In this document: piece after piece, positions 11,201-24,600 of the stretch | How positions within the stretch are numbered: the stretch's first letter is position 1 | How the letters are laid out: the number at the start of each line of letters is the position of its first letter | IMG/VR virus record: IMGVR_UViG_3300032332_001787 | Span: 166,098 to 230,097 of that record | Length of the DNA: 64,000 nucleotides | Reading direction: 5' to 3' (one strand) | Origin: a virus | Lineage: Duplodnaviria; Caudoviricetes | Program-made: the position numbers and the translations under genes | Notes under the pieces: generated by a model | The model's database searches: none | What the model was told of the DNA's origin: nothing | What the model saw: only the letters and a program-made list of their open reading frames with translations

Positions 11201-12625
11201 ATCAATATAGACCCCTGTTTGATTATTCAATACTCCCATTACTAAACTATTATTGCTTGTTAGTGATACTGCATTGGTATTTCCTAATACTAAATTGTTT
11301 GTAACAGTACCACTAAGATTATTGGAGTTGCCTAAAACTAATGAACCAGCAATATCTTTAGTAGTATTCGCTTGTCCTATCAAAAGCAAGCTGTTAGGAT
11401 TTCCGCTAGATAGATTGTTATTAATGCCTAGTAAAATACTATCTTGTAAACCATTGTTTGTTTTATTGCCTAGTCCAATAACAATAGTCTTAGAAGAATC
11501 TTCAGATTTAATATTATTACCAACAAAAATACCACTAGTCATATTTAGAATTGACTGATCGGACCCTATGCAAACTAAACTATTGCCTATGGCGCTGGTT
11601 GATCCTCCGTATATAACGCTGTTACTGCCGGTCAAGCCAACCATCGAACCAACCACGCTATTATTATTACCTGATAAATTATTAAAATTTCCAATGTAAA
11701 TATTGTTATTTCCAGTATTACTAACATATGATCCAAGAGCAATACCAGATACTCCAGAAATCATTGAGGACTGAACCAAACCAACAACATAGTCTCCATT
11801 TAGTTGATTTGAATTACCAACTAATACATTATATGATCCACTTAATGAATTATCATTTCCTATAAAAATATTATTTAAACCACTAATACTCACAGAATCA
11901 CCAACAGATATATTGCTAGATCCCTGTATACTAGAGTTATTTGTTAAAGCAAAAATTTTGGTACCACTAAAATAATTAATATTACCAACTGATACTCCAC
12001 TGATCGCTAGTCCACTATTATATGCTCCTAAAGTTGTGAAATTATTTCCAAGTATATTATTATTAGTTCCAATAACAGTATAAGAGTATCCGGATACTGT
12101 ATTACGACCACCCAATACTACATTTTGCAGATTAGCTGAAAATACTGGTTTATTGACTCCTCTCTCATCTACTGTAAAAATAATTTCTCCGCTAGTATAT
12201 CCTGTGCTAGCATCAAGAATTTTGGACATAATTTGTCCATAGACGATTTCATTATAATTAGAGTCTCTACCGGCCAAATTAATTATGGCGGGGAAACTTC
12301 CGCTTACTGGGGTGATTTGTGGATTATGTACTAATAGCAAGGTAACGCCAGTGGGGCAGTTAGTGATGCTTTCAACTATTAGTCCGTCTTTGGCACAAGG
12401 GGCAACAACATGCAATACAGCATCTGGCAATCCTGTTCCAATTCCCAAACGACCAGCAGAAGCATCAAAATGAACTAAACTATTAATTCCAGTCCCTCTA
12501 ATACTAAAATCAATATTAGATTTATTATTATTGAAAATTGTATTAATGCCAGGAGTATCAGATAAAGTGATATCCGGGGTTAAACCAGATCCAATGTATA
12601 AGATACCAGATATAGATTCGCTCAT
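8270..12625 (-). CDS. Tail fibre / trimeric adhesin-like protein with YadA-like GxxN beta-roll repeats (1451 aa)
   Basis: Long run of ~14-aa repeats of the (I/V)G..N type (about 10330-12130). Fibre motifs LGIGTGLPDAVLHV and LGINTNNPTSDLSV. Confidence 0.7.
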   Translation of the reverse strand: MSESISGILYIGSGLTPDITLSDTPGINTIFNNNKSNIDFSIRGTGINSLVHFDASAGRLGIGTGLPDAVLHVVAPCAKDGLIVESITNCPTGVTLLLVHNPQITPVSGSFPAIINLAGRDSNYNEIVYGQIMSKILDASTGYTSGEIIFTVDERGVNKPVFSANLQNVVLGGRNTVSGYSYTVIGTNNNILGNNFTTLGAYNSGLAISGVSVGNINYFSGTKIFALTNNSSIQGSSNISVGDSVSISGLNNIFIGNDNSLSGSYNVLVGNSNQLNGDYVVGLVQSSMISGVSGIALGSYVSNTGNNNIYIGNFNNLSGNNNSVVGSMVGLTGSNSVIYGGSTSAIGNSLVCIGSDQSILNMTSGIFVGNNIKSEDSSKTIVIGLGNKTNNGLQDSILLGINNNLSSGNPNSLLLIGQANTTKDIAGSLVLGNSNNLSGTVTNNLVLGNTNAVSLTSNNSLVMGVLNNQTGVYIDSVGSISGTPRRISGTINNSIIAGINNVIQNGNTNVLLGNKNFASGSSINVIGSYNNLKNSSNTYSMGNSNFLVGDKLGAVGSKISAIGHESVIFNTANSKMDVFGSGNIVIGYNQLVSSGIVIGTANQSHGINNLIYGRNNTLGLIRHQFVTDTLTTYTITIPSLNVANKYTIGDSALLCLQNPPSVANTFIREISDIVENSIDNTTTLTFTNAIAINANNGYYSINNSFDDNNQPNTNISGLVMPYQQGNGLGGPETNPVYGSDNIIVGSNNRYMFSSGIIVGYNNNVSGVRNVVVGFGMSGVANNTLYIGTNNRNKIILDNDKIVFNSGAVQDNIIVKSSTDSSSILNINLNNNYLGINTNNPTSDLSVSGITHTSGIRIAFSSPDQYVLTSNINGVGTWQLPFRTSGNNGSLLYRVNDKVASGISEINYDPSSKSLNFNLGGDNGLYITSSGLLVNDEGLTYGLKIRGSGGSDFAKVLLNTNFSQHRIDFFNTSGNSGILNNLVVYDNITAPRNLTGTFLYVDGSGKLSNAVLRPYSILFSNDKSWATGNTSFRWIDNQSTLVLGSTGVVSNDILDLNIPNTKYNILLSSNNNIDTVFNNLGLSNTFSVIESGQLNNRRGFHIGPTGNVIVNYVKDDSKTNDSALFVNGKISTDSLRIGQGTTEGLYLRTDISGNIRFSTLDLKTQFTGMYPLYAEAKSLGLDNAFKVEFGLSKTNKSGESLTVNGNGRFLIFNGSSWDLSYGLKIPQLDPLTTSQNLKTMPGIEFGYRPKINDTYHTHAFAGGSFLDSGTETEKYTGSSQYVQYYLRCRTPSFGANAVPLTTDFTKDNPRQESQNNTVTLKNTNGLLYDNVWNYKIIASVLWHDNNNSDSSRNFAAAMTIEGAIFRSTDGNIFTKLGDETTKVYQSGVAAGLPGLPIGMGIGTRLDLDTSTNGSVPRLSIVASGVSNTTALWSATVQINQLNHPAGLLTGSR

Positions 12626-12650
12626 TATAATTATCCTTTAAATTTTAAAA

Positions 12651-15600
12651 TTATCTACGTTTACCAACAGCACCTTCTGTATCTCTATGCAGATCACCCA
12701 TTGCTGCATTAACTTCCGATAGAACTATTTTTCTTATTGATTCATCCATTAATGCCAAATATTGTGCTCCATTAAAGTTAACATTAACATTATGTTCACC
12801 CTTCAAATTAATAACAGGATTGATATTTTTTAATTGGTCAATAAAGCTCTGGAATGTTGCGGTAAACTGGCTTAATCCATCAGTATTTGGAGAAGCTGAT
12901 CCACCACCAGTAGATACACCACCGCCACCACCAGTTTCATCTGTTGGTTGACCTCCACGGTAGAGATAATTAACTTTACCGACCTGACCACCATTAGCAT
13001 ATCGATTATTATTAATAGCTTGTAATAATGGTAGATTTCTTTGTGTAGAAGTTCTATTGACTACAAATTCGCCGGGAGTTAACATGGCGGGAACTGTATC
13101 TGTTCCTCTGGAAATTGGTGTGAAGGGGAGTATATTTCCTCCAGCAGCAGCATATACCATGCCTCCATATCTTTTGTTTACCGGCTCTTTCTCTGGTGGC
13201 TTATCAGCTCCTTTCTCAGGAGTAGGTGGTGTTCCAGCTACCGCACCAGTACCAGCAGCTTGTGTACCTCCTTGTCCTATATCTGCACGGAATTCTGGAT
13301 ATTTCTGAGCTAGACTCACCCAGGCTTCATGTATTGCTTTAGCTTCGGACATAGCAGCTTCTTGTCCTTTTAATAATTGCAATATATTAATATCACCAAT
13401 TTTTGTATTTACAGCTAGCTGATTACCTTTTAGTGTTGCATATGCTGAAGAGGCATTACTATATACTCCTGTTAAATAATCTACTCGTTTTTTGTCTTGT
13501 GTAAATTGTGTTTTTGCTGCATTATAACGAGCATCAGCATCTAATTTACTCCATACATCATTATATTTCTTTTCTAGGTCACCAGAACTGATGTTTGAGA
13601 AAGCTGAAGAATCCAAAGCCTCAAATAATGTTTTGTTTGATTCTGCTTGTTGTTTAATAGTTAATATTAATTGACCAGCTGGACTTTGAGATAATGCTTT
13701 ATCTCTTTGAGCAGTTTCTCCGCCAGCTGCAAGATAGACTACTCCGCCTTTACTATATGCTTTGGTTTGTCCATTATTAATAGCTTTTAATAAAGGAAGA
13801 TTAGCTTGAGTAGCTGATCTATTAACAACAAACTCTCCCGGTGTCAACATTGCTGGAACAGTATCTGTACCTTTTGGTTCATAAGGAATTAACATGCCAT
13901 TACTAGCATATACAATTCCTCCGGTAGACATTTGTTTTGGCTTAAGTGATAATGGGCCTTCTACTTTTTCAGTATTACCAATAACAAAATATCTATAATC
14001 ATCAGGCAATATACCATCCACACCACTATCATTTTTTTGCTTAATCTCTTTAGCTTTGACCTCTGTATAATAAAGACGACGACCATTAGGAGTATTTATA
14101 TTTTCTGCTGATATTGATTTTATATTAACACTATCTCCACCCATGCCTTTGATGATACTATGTGAACTAATGATATTTTTAATATCTTTAACAAAAGTTT
14201 CTATGTCTCCTATTGGTTCTACATCTTTACCTTTAATAAAATCCCATTCTGCTTTGGCCATAGTATTTGTTTCAAACAATTCACTTAATGAAATACCTAA
14301 TTTTTGAGCTTCATTTTTAACTTTCTCTTCAATTTGAGCTATAAATTCTGTCTTCATTATTCTCAATTTTTCTCTGATATTATCAGCTAATTCAATAGCT
14401 TGCTCTTGCCTGGGCTTATTTTGAATAATTTCGTTTAGATAAGTTTGTCTTTGTTTATCAAATTTTTCATATTCTTCTATTTTTTGTTTATTAGCAGTAT
14501 CTCTAGCTTCTTTTTCTTTTTTAATTTTTTCATCTGTTTTTACTTCTTCTCCTACGGTTTCATATTTACCAGTTTCTTTATTTTTTATTGTTTTTTCTAC
14601 TCTCCTAACTCCTTTAGATTCTCTATCTTTTATATTTTGTTTTATTTTATCAGCATAGGCTGGATTATATTGCGCTCCCACAATATCACTCAAATCTATT
14701 TGTATTTGTGACAAAACATTATCAAAAGCACGACCACCCTCTGCTAAATATACAACTCCTCCAGTTGCATACTGTTTGGTCCCACCGCTATTGATAGACT
14801 TTAATAAAGATAGATTAGCTTTAGTTGCTTTAGCATTAACAACAAATTCACCAGGAGTAAGCATTGCGGGAATTGTGTCTGTTCCTCGTGGTTGGAAATT
14901 AACTAAAGTACCCTCTGAAGCATATACTATGCCTCCGGTATACATTCTACGAGGAGAGTTTTGTCCTTTATAGCTTACAGAGCTTGTTGTTTTTTGACCC
15001 TTTGCATACTTATCTCCTTTACCTATATTTTGATGATAGTTATATTCTCCTAAAATTCTACGATAGTACTTATATGAATTCTGGTACTGAGTTTCTATTC
15101 CACTCATACCTCTAACTTTTTGGTCAGAATCCATTCTTGCTTCTCTAACTTGTTTGCCGCTATATCCCCCTTCTGGTGGAGAAACTTCTTTTCCTTCAGC
15201 ATTTGTTCTAATGAAAGGTTTGTCAAACTGATCAAGAATAGAATCATTTATCTTAGTAAGAGGCTCTCCTTTTGCCAAAACTTCACTATAGTAGTTAGTC
15301 TTTAAGGTTTGTAATTTACCTACCATATCATCTATATTAACAAGAATATCTTGTTTTTCTCCTATCATTATAGATCTATTACCGGTTTTAGATAGATTGA
15401 TTAATTTGCTTAATTCAGTCAAACTAGTAATAGCTGCTCCATAACTGGTCTGCATAATTCCTAAAGTTTTTTTGCTGGTTTGTTGAGTAGCCTCATCTGG
15501 ACTTTCAATTAATTTTAGTTGATTATAATCAGACAATTCTTTAAAAGCATTATTAGTTTCTCCATATATAGAACCAGCTAATCTAGTGATTTCTAATTGG

Positions 15601-18600
15601 TCAGATGCTCCCTCATTAATTTGTTTTTCGTCGCCCAATAAATTTTTTGGTCTTCTTGTGTCATAAGCTGTAACACGAATATTATTTCTAGAGTCTGTTT
15701 TATCATTAGTATAGAATGCAGGAGTAATAAATTTATTCTTTATGGGTTGTTCCGGAGATTTACCCGATGAAATTAAAGATGCTAAATATTCTTTATATGT
15801 TAATTCATCATAATAATCTAGTTTGCTATTATTTGCTGCTGGAATCATTATAGCAGAAAATGGCTCTTTACTTCCATCAGATCCTTCCTGAGCAGAAAAT
15901 TCTGTAACAGGATTTTCGGACTTAGGCATTTGTGGCTTTGCTTGTTTCTCGTCCGGTCTTTGTAATGGTCGTGCTGCTGGTATACTTCTTTGACTTTGGC
16001 GTGCTGCTAATATATCTCTAACCACAAAAGCTGTTTGAGTTAAGCCATTGATACTAGCAAATCTACCTCTCTTGGGTTTTACAACAACATCGTCCAGTTG
16101 TTTCCTAATCTGTGCCAAGTCGTCTGGTTTTATACCATATTGATGAGCTACGTCATCTAATATTTGCTGTCTTTTTGCGGCTGCTGCTGGGTTGCTCGGT
16201 GTCGCATTAAGGATATCATATTCTTTATTGAAATAATCATCAAACATCTTGTTGGCATCTAGTTTGCTAAAATCACCACTAACATCTATTCCTAATCTAG
16301 CGAATGTTTCTTTAGTCTGTGCTTGTGCGGCAATGTAAAGAGGTGAATTATCTGTGAGTTTTGTTAAGAGAGCTGGATCAATGTAGTCTGGACTAGATTT
16401 CAATAAATCATCAAAATGAAATTGAGCTGCTTTAGATCGTACGTCTCCTAATGTCTGTAGAGCAGAAGCAACATCACCAACAGCTAATGAATCATATTTT
16501 CTTTTTATTGCAATATTATACGCGTCACCAATATTACTATTGAATTTACTTTGAATTTCTGCTAATCTTTCTAATGCAGCCGGAGCGACAGATCTTGCTG
16601 TTCGTCTACGGTTATAATCTTCAACAGCATCTCCAATTTTTTGTCTTATAGAACGCCTACCACCAACTACTTTTCTAGAATTTGAACCAGCTTGACTTCC
16701 TAAATCATCTGCGAATTTAGCAACAGCATTTTCTGGAGGTATAACATCTGATCCAACAGCCATCAATCTAGTTAAGCTTGAATCGCCAGATTTTATAGCT
16801 TCTGCTACTACTTGTTTCGATAATTTTTTAGTTGTTATAGTCGCTACTGCTTTACTGATAGCATTATCAGCAACTGAACCACCAGCAATTTCTGCAGCAA
16901 ATCCTGTCCATTGTCCAGCCGCATATGCTTCTGGATTTTTCTTAATTTTTTCTTCTATATCTGTTTTCATAGAAGATGGAAGCATTTTATAAATTTCTTG
17001 ATTTAGGTATTGCCCCAATTGATCACCAGCTAATCCACCGGCTACTGCTCCACCAACGCCGACAACAGGACCTGCTATATTACCTGCAATAAATCCTAGA
17101 CCACCCAAACCTAAGCTTAGAAGACCTGGGATTGCTTTGCTTGCTATACCATAACCAAAAGCTTTCCAATCCCAATTCATAGGCTTAAAGCCTAGTGTTT
17201 GCTTTTGTATAAGAGCTTCTCTATCTATAGTACCTTGAGTAAATGGATAATTAGGATCTCCACTATAAAATTGTTCTTCTAGTGTATTACGAGATATTTT
17301 TCTATCACCGTATTTGATCTTATTAGCTGCTTCATAAGTTTGTATAAACTCTAGACTACTAGTTCCTAGTTTCTGTTTTTGAGGATCAAGCTTAGCATAT
17401 TTAGTCTTAGCCGCAGCAGATAAATATTCTTGTATATGATGATCGTATGCAGCATTATAACTATCTAATTCTTGAACACTGATTTTACCATCTTTATTTC
17501 CTCTAAAATCAAGATAGTCAAATATTGTTCCTTTTGCTGTATATTCTTTATCGTCTAAAACACCATCTTTATTAGTATCATATCCATTAAAATATTTTGC
17601 TCTATCCATTGGCATAAAGTCTTTTTTAACAGTTAAACCGCCTCTAGCTAAATAATTAACAATTCCCCCAGTAGAATAATGATTTCCGTTATTAATAGCT
17701 TTGAGCAGTGGTAAGTTTTTCTGTGTTGCTTCTCTGTTGATTACAAACTCTCCGGGAGTTAGCATAGCCGGAACAGTATCTGTACCTCGTGGTTGAAAAT
17801 TAACCATTTGTCCGTTCGCTGCATATATCATGCCACCATTTGCTCTCATTTGTGGCTCAGCCATTTGTCGTGCCTCAAACCATTCGGCCGATGGTAGCTG
17901 TCCGTATTTTGCAGAAACGCCTAGTTGTGAGTTAGCAAGATTAGCATTGTCTCTGACTTGATCAGCACGGCCACTCTTTATGGCTTGAATTACAGCATCA
18001 GTTCTGTCTTTTTCTGGTAGATTCTTATCATAAAAATAATCTTGTCCTGGCCAGCCAACTATTCCACCAGAATACCATGTTAGTAATGAACCTAGTGCAT
18101 TATCTATATATGATGCTGTTTGTGGATCATAAAATGGCATACCCAAAGAATCTTTACCTTGAGATATGTCTGTTCTAAGCTTACTAATAATATTTCTTCT
18201 AGTATCAATATTTGTAAATTCGTTATATGGATTTAATCCAAGATCAACAAGTTCTGCATAAGTTTTTGGTACTTGATTTGTAAAGTCTTCATAGGTTAAA
18301 GATCCATCAGCTCCAATAGTTCTAATTTTTGATCCTTTAAGAGATTGTCCTAAAGTTGCTTTAAAATCTGATGATAGTTCTCTACTTGCTGCTTTTTGGA
18401 AATTTGCTGAGGCCCCTAACGATCTGAATAATGATTCCATATCGCCATTATCAAGCAAAGTTTTAATAAATCTAGTATTACCACCAGCAATACCACCAAA
18501 AGCACTAGTGGCTCCTGCTAGAAGACCATACGCCTCTTTAATAGAATTATACTGCTGCGGACTACGAGCCATATAAAACAAGCGACTAGCATATGCTCCA

Positions 18601-21600
18601 GCCTCATTAAATACATTACTAGCATATGCTGCTGCCTGCTTGCCCATATCATCGTCTTTTAAAGGACGAGCACCAAATCCGGGAACTCCTCTTAAATATC
18701 TAAAGGCCCAGCCGCTACCAAAACCTGGAATTTTTCTACGACCAAAAACCCCCAAAGCTCCTTTTGCTAGTTTTTGAACAGTGTCTTTAATCTCTCCTGG
18801 ATTACCACCAATAATATCTGCTAGCTGATTAGGATTATCTATGCTTTTAGCTGCCCTAGTAGCAGTATTTTTAGTAGCAGAACTAAGATCTTTAATTGCA
18901 TTAATTAACCAATCTCCTACTTCTAGATTGGCTCCTCTGGGTATAACGTCATTAAAAATAAGACTATTCATTGCGTCCGGAGCATTTGAAGCCAAGCCTA
19001 AAGCATTAGAAAATGATATAATATCATTGGCTTTGATTTGTTTAGATAAATTATCTTGTTTAGTTTGGTCATTATTAATTAAAGCATTATAATACTGATC
19101 TAATAAAGGAATAGCTTGAACTTTATTTAATAGATCCCCTGGAGTAAATTCTGAGCTATTATAAATTCTCTTCTTGTCAATTTCTAGTTGTTGAAAAATG
19201 TCCAGGGGACTCTTATTTGGTTCTGGAATAAAAATATCTTTTAACTGTCTTGCTGGGTCTTTAGAGAAACTTCTTGTCTTTTCATCCCATAATGGAGCAC
19301 TATACTTCGTATACTCAACTCCATAGTTTAAGTCTAAATTCTTGCCACCAACAGGAATGGATAGTTTGTCCATTTTGAAACCAAGAGATTGCTTCTTGAT
19401 CGGCCCATTTTTCATTTTATTAACAACATCTTCTTTAGCTTTTTCTTCAAAATTCTTTCCTAAAGAATCTAAGTCAATATTCATCATCCATGGAAAATGC
19501 TTGGGTGCTCCACCAGCTACTGTTGATGTTACATCAAAGAGATTATACAATTGCGTCAACTCTTTATTTTTTAATCCTGGATCTTTCTTATCAATAGCAA
19601 ATTGTACTCCATTAGCCTTAGCTTGATCCAAATTTAAACTTTCAACAGTGTCTTGTAGTGTTGAGTTTATGTATGGAGTATTTGGAAAGACAAATAATGT
19701 GCGAGGTTTACCTAATGGAGCAAAAGTTTTTAATAGATCAACTTCTCCCGTTAGGTCTTCGTGACTAGATGTTCCATTATATAAGGCTGAAAATGATTGC
19801 ATCAATTTATCATAACTGCCATTTACAGACTGATCAAACTTTACTCTAGTATCATCAAAATCGAGAGCTTGTGCAATAATATTTTTATTTTCATTGTGTT
19901 TCTCAATTAAAGAGTCAATTTGACTTCTGTTTTTAAGATATTTAGAATCAGGACTATTACTAGAAATACCGGGATAATACAATATATTATATTTAATGGC
20001 TGAAGATGGACCAAATTTTTTCCCAGCATAATCACCGATATCATAAGATGGTTCACTAGCAGATACAGCATCAACATGCCCCATACCAAAATATGTTGAT
20101 GATTGCCAAATTTTATTCATTGGGGCGTTATTAAAATCAACAGATGGTACTGGTGGTGGACTACCAAAATACAAACCAGCCCTATGTCTTATCTTTCCAT
20201 TAGGATTATACTCAGAATGAGTAAGTGTAGATGGCTCAACAGATGATGGAAAATCTCCTATGCTATCTAGTTCATTTCCTAAATTAAGTTTATCCAAAGA
20301 TAATGTTGGATATTTTGCTCTTAGCTTAGTACTATAATTAGCTGCTTCAATTTTAGAAACTTTAGAAACCTCCAAATTTTCTCGACCAACTAATAATTTA
20401 TCTGTTAATATGGGTTTAAATTCAGCTAAGTCTTTTGATGATTTATCTAAGGCAGTATATTTTGCTGTGGTACCACCATCAAATCTATCAGTAACTCTTA
20501 TTGGAGCTGTAACTCCAGCAACAATCTCTCCACTATTGTCCCATATATTATCGGTTTTGAAATCTATAAAACCAAAAGTATTTTTAGGAGTTTTATTTAA
20601 ACCATTTCTTTGTAGTCTAGTAAATATCTGAGGGCCAGCAAGTGCTTTTTCAGAAGCATTGTCTATTAGTTTATTATTTTTGTTTAAGTCTAGATAAGAA
20701 TCTTGTGTTAAGTTAAAATTATCAGAATCTCTAGACGTGGTTTTCATAAAATCACTAACATATCCACCATCAGCATAATAACTAACCTTGCCACCACTAC
20801 TAAATTTATTACTATTGATACTTTGCAATAAAGGAAGATTAGCCTGAGTAGCTGCTCTATTAACCACAAATTCTCCAGGTGTTAACATGGCTGGTACTGT
20901 GTCTGTTCCTTTAGGAGCAAAGTCAACATTCATACCAGCAGCAGCATATATAATTCCTCCTGAAGCTTTTCCAGCAGCCGGAACTGGCTTATCACCCAAT
21001 TTATTTTCGATAGCTTTAACATTTGCAGCAATATCCGATAGTTCTTTGTTTTCAAAAGTGACTTTAGACTTTGTTAAAGCTTCTGCAAGAGCTTCTGCTG
21101 ATTTATTCGCAATTTGTGAAGCTAAATTATTATTAAGCATAGCTAGTTGTTTATTAGCATCTGACTGTGTATTAATAGCCTGTTGATATTGCTGCATTGC
21201 AGCTTGTGTTTCTGGATCAGCTTGTGGATTTCTCAGAGTATTTAAAATCTGTTGAAAAACTGGAGATACTCCCTGGCCAGATTCTTGTAACATGCTTTCT
21301 AAAACATTTGCTTTAATATTATTTGCTTGTTTATTATCTCCTAAAAATGGCATAACATCTTTCAGAGCACTTAAAGTTTCTTTTCTATCATTAGCAAAAG
21401 CAACTTGAGCAGCTTTCATAGCTTCAAATCCTGAAGCCCCATTATTTAATGCTTCAGCATATGCTTTTTGAGCACTTTGAGAATTTTGTATAGTATTAAC
21501 TTGACCCCTAATATTATTTTGTAGTCTACCAAAAGCAGCATTGAGAGAATTAAATTCTTCTGGGGTGCTAGTTACTAGTTTTTCTATAAAACCAACTTTG

Positions 21601-24600
21601 CCCTCATTCTTTTGCTGAGCTTCTTGAATTTTATTCAGAGCCGTCGAAGCAATGTCGGTATTCTCTGCTAAATTTTTTAAAGCATCATAATTTTCTCTTA
21701 ATGCAACATTAGTATTTCTTAAATTATTTTGCATACGAACAAAATCATCAGCTCCTTGTGGACCTCTTTGACGAGCTATGTCTGATGATCCCTCTTGAGC
21801 TTTTCTAGTATTATCTAAACCTAAGATTTGATTAGCTATATCTTGTGGTCTTGTTGGGCCGCCTGTTTGTTGAGCAGTTGTGGCTTCTACATTTCTTCTA
21901 ACATCCGATACATCTATAGTTTTGCCTAAAGTTTTTGCTAATTCTAGCTGTCCATCTGTTAGGATTTGAGTTGACTTTCTCAATTTTTCGTTGGTGTCTA
22001 TTTGAAGATCAGCTAATTCATTCATTCTAGTAGAATAATTATTTAAAGCATTCTGCCAATTTTCCAAAGCTTTGAGAGCGACTTCTTGCGCTCTCTTACT
22101 GCTTTCTATAACTTTAGATAATTGAGGTATTTTTTCCACTAATTGAGTAAAATCGACTTTATCATCTCCACTCTTTCTCATATCTTCTAGAGCTTTAGAT
22201 ACTTCTCCTGATAATTTGCTACTTATATCTGGTGGAAGCTGTAATGAATCTAATTGTTCTTGAACAGCTTTTTGTATAGCAAATCCCATTTTCTCATTAT
22301 TCGATTCTGGATTTTTTCTAATAGTATTATTAATAGTTGATAGTATACTACTCTCTAAATTGCTTCCTATGCTTAATAATCCTTTCATAACATTAGTACT
22401 ACCACTAAACATGCTAGCAGCTTGAGATCTAGCAGAGTTATTTTCTGCTCCAGAATAAGCATTAGGGTTTTGTAGCACATTCATGCTATTTAATGAACCT
22501 GAACCAATTTTAGCTTCACCCTTTAGTGAAGATGAGGCTAAGTCTAGATCTCTAGACATCTGTTCTAGTCCAAAATTAGTTTTATTAATAGACTGTTCCA
22601 TATTCTGAAACATTCTTTCCAAACTACGAGCAAAATTACTAGTTGAATTTTCTAATGATTTCATAGCAGCTTCTCTTTCCGCTATAGCTGCCTGTTTGCG
22701 AATAGCTGCTTCTGCATGCATACCAATAACTAAATCTTGTCTTGCTTTTTTCTCATCTGCTGTTAAATCTATATTATTATTAATAGATTGAATTTGTGCA
22801 TTAACTGACTTATCCGCCATAGCCAAAGAAACAGCAAATTGATTAACATCAGTACCAGCTCCTTTAAATTCTGTAATCAAATCACTAATATTAGCTCCGC
22901 CCTTCGCTTTATTTGTAATTAATTTATTAATATTTTCTGCTACTGGAGTAAATTGTTTCGCAGACTCTTCGGCTCTTCCTGGTATTAAATCTTGCACATA
23001 GCTTGATCTTGTTTGTTCAGCTTGGATATTACCAGTCATTTCACTAGCTTTTTTACCTGCTATCAAATCCTGGATACCTTGAAGTAATCCGCCCTGATTG
23101 CCCATAACCTGACCAAAACCAGTAGATGCAAAATAGGCCCCTATTCCTTTTTTATCCAGAATATCTGCTCTATCGGCAGCAGCAGACTGACTACTAATCC
23201 CTTCTTTTTCATTACTTCCAAAAGAATCTAACATATTCACCCAAAATGTCTTGGCCATTTTACTATTAATATCCATACTAGCTTTAGCCATGTTGGCAGC
23301 TTCAGCAAGTTTAGATGTTATAGTTCTTTGAATATTAATATCTTTTATATCTTTTTCTAATTTGACAAACTCTAAAGCTGTTTCTTCTAAAGCACTATTT
23401 AATTTATTTTGTATCATCTTTTTCTCAAAAGCCAATGCTGCATTTTTGGCATCAATAAAAGCCTGACCGACAGCAGCAGCAGCAACAGCGGCGACTCCAA
23501 GAGATCCGGCCAATTTACCCAATCCTGGAAGCATATCCTTTACACCTCCTCCAATCATAGCCCCAGTAGCTAGCATATTAGTGCCACCTTGCAATCCAGC
23601 TGATAACTGAGCATTGCTGGAACTACTTTCAGCATTAATATTTTGAGCTATTAAACTGCCTATCATCTGAACACCAAAAGCAGCACCCATCATGCCTTGT
23701 CCACTCATTCTACCACCGGATCCTGGACCACCAGAACCCCTAGTTTCATTTAGTGTTGCTCTTCTAGTATCAGCTTCTTGTTTAGCTAATCTACGAGCTT
23801 CTTGTAAAATTCTATTTCTGTCTCCACCAAAACGTCCCTCTGCTGTGAGTTGTGTTCTTAATTCGCCTCTTCTTCTAGCTTCAAAGGCTCGGTTCATTTG
23901 CTCAAATGTTCTTGGATCTCCCATAGCAGTATTAATATATTGTCTAAGGTCATTACCGCTTAGCCCTGCTGTCTGTGTTGGTGATAATCCTGCTGTTCGA
24001 GCTGCTCTTCCATATGAAACGCTTTCTGCTCGTCTCATAAAATTTTCATCAACTTCACCTCCCCTTGCTTGACGTCTTTGAACCATAGCTTGTAAATTTT
24101 GCTGTGCGTTATGATCTATTGTTTCTAATTGACGGCCACTAACTCCGGATAATTGTCTTTGAGCCCTGACTTGAGTTGCTGCTTGCTGTCTCATATTAGC
24201 AAGTCTTGTTTCAGCTTCTATAACAGTTTGCATCGGAGCACCAGAAACTCTTAATCTTAAAATATCAGCTTCATATGCATTGATAGCTGCTCTAGAACTA
24301 ATTTGTCCACCTTTGCGAATAATTTCAGCAGATGATGATGATGTTACTCCTAATTGAGTTAATGCTTCTGTTATTTCATTTAATTGAGTAACCACACCAT
24401 CTGTAATGCGAACATTCTCTAAAGAAGCTTGTGCTCCTGGTCTAGCTGGCACTCTTGGACCACCACCTAAGAAAAATCTTTGAACAGCTCCACCAGATGA
24501 GAATTGTTGAACACCAATAGCACCGCCATCACTAAGTCCTAAAGCTTTTGTTGCAGCTGCGCGAATTATGAAGCTACCTACTGGTAAACCTATTGGCCCA

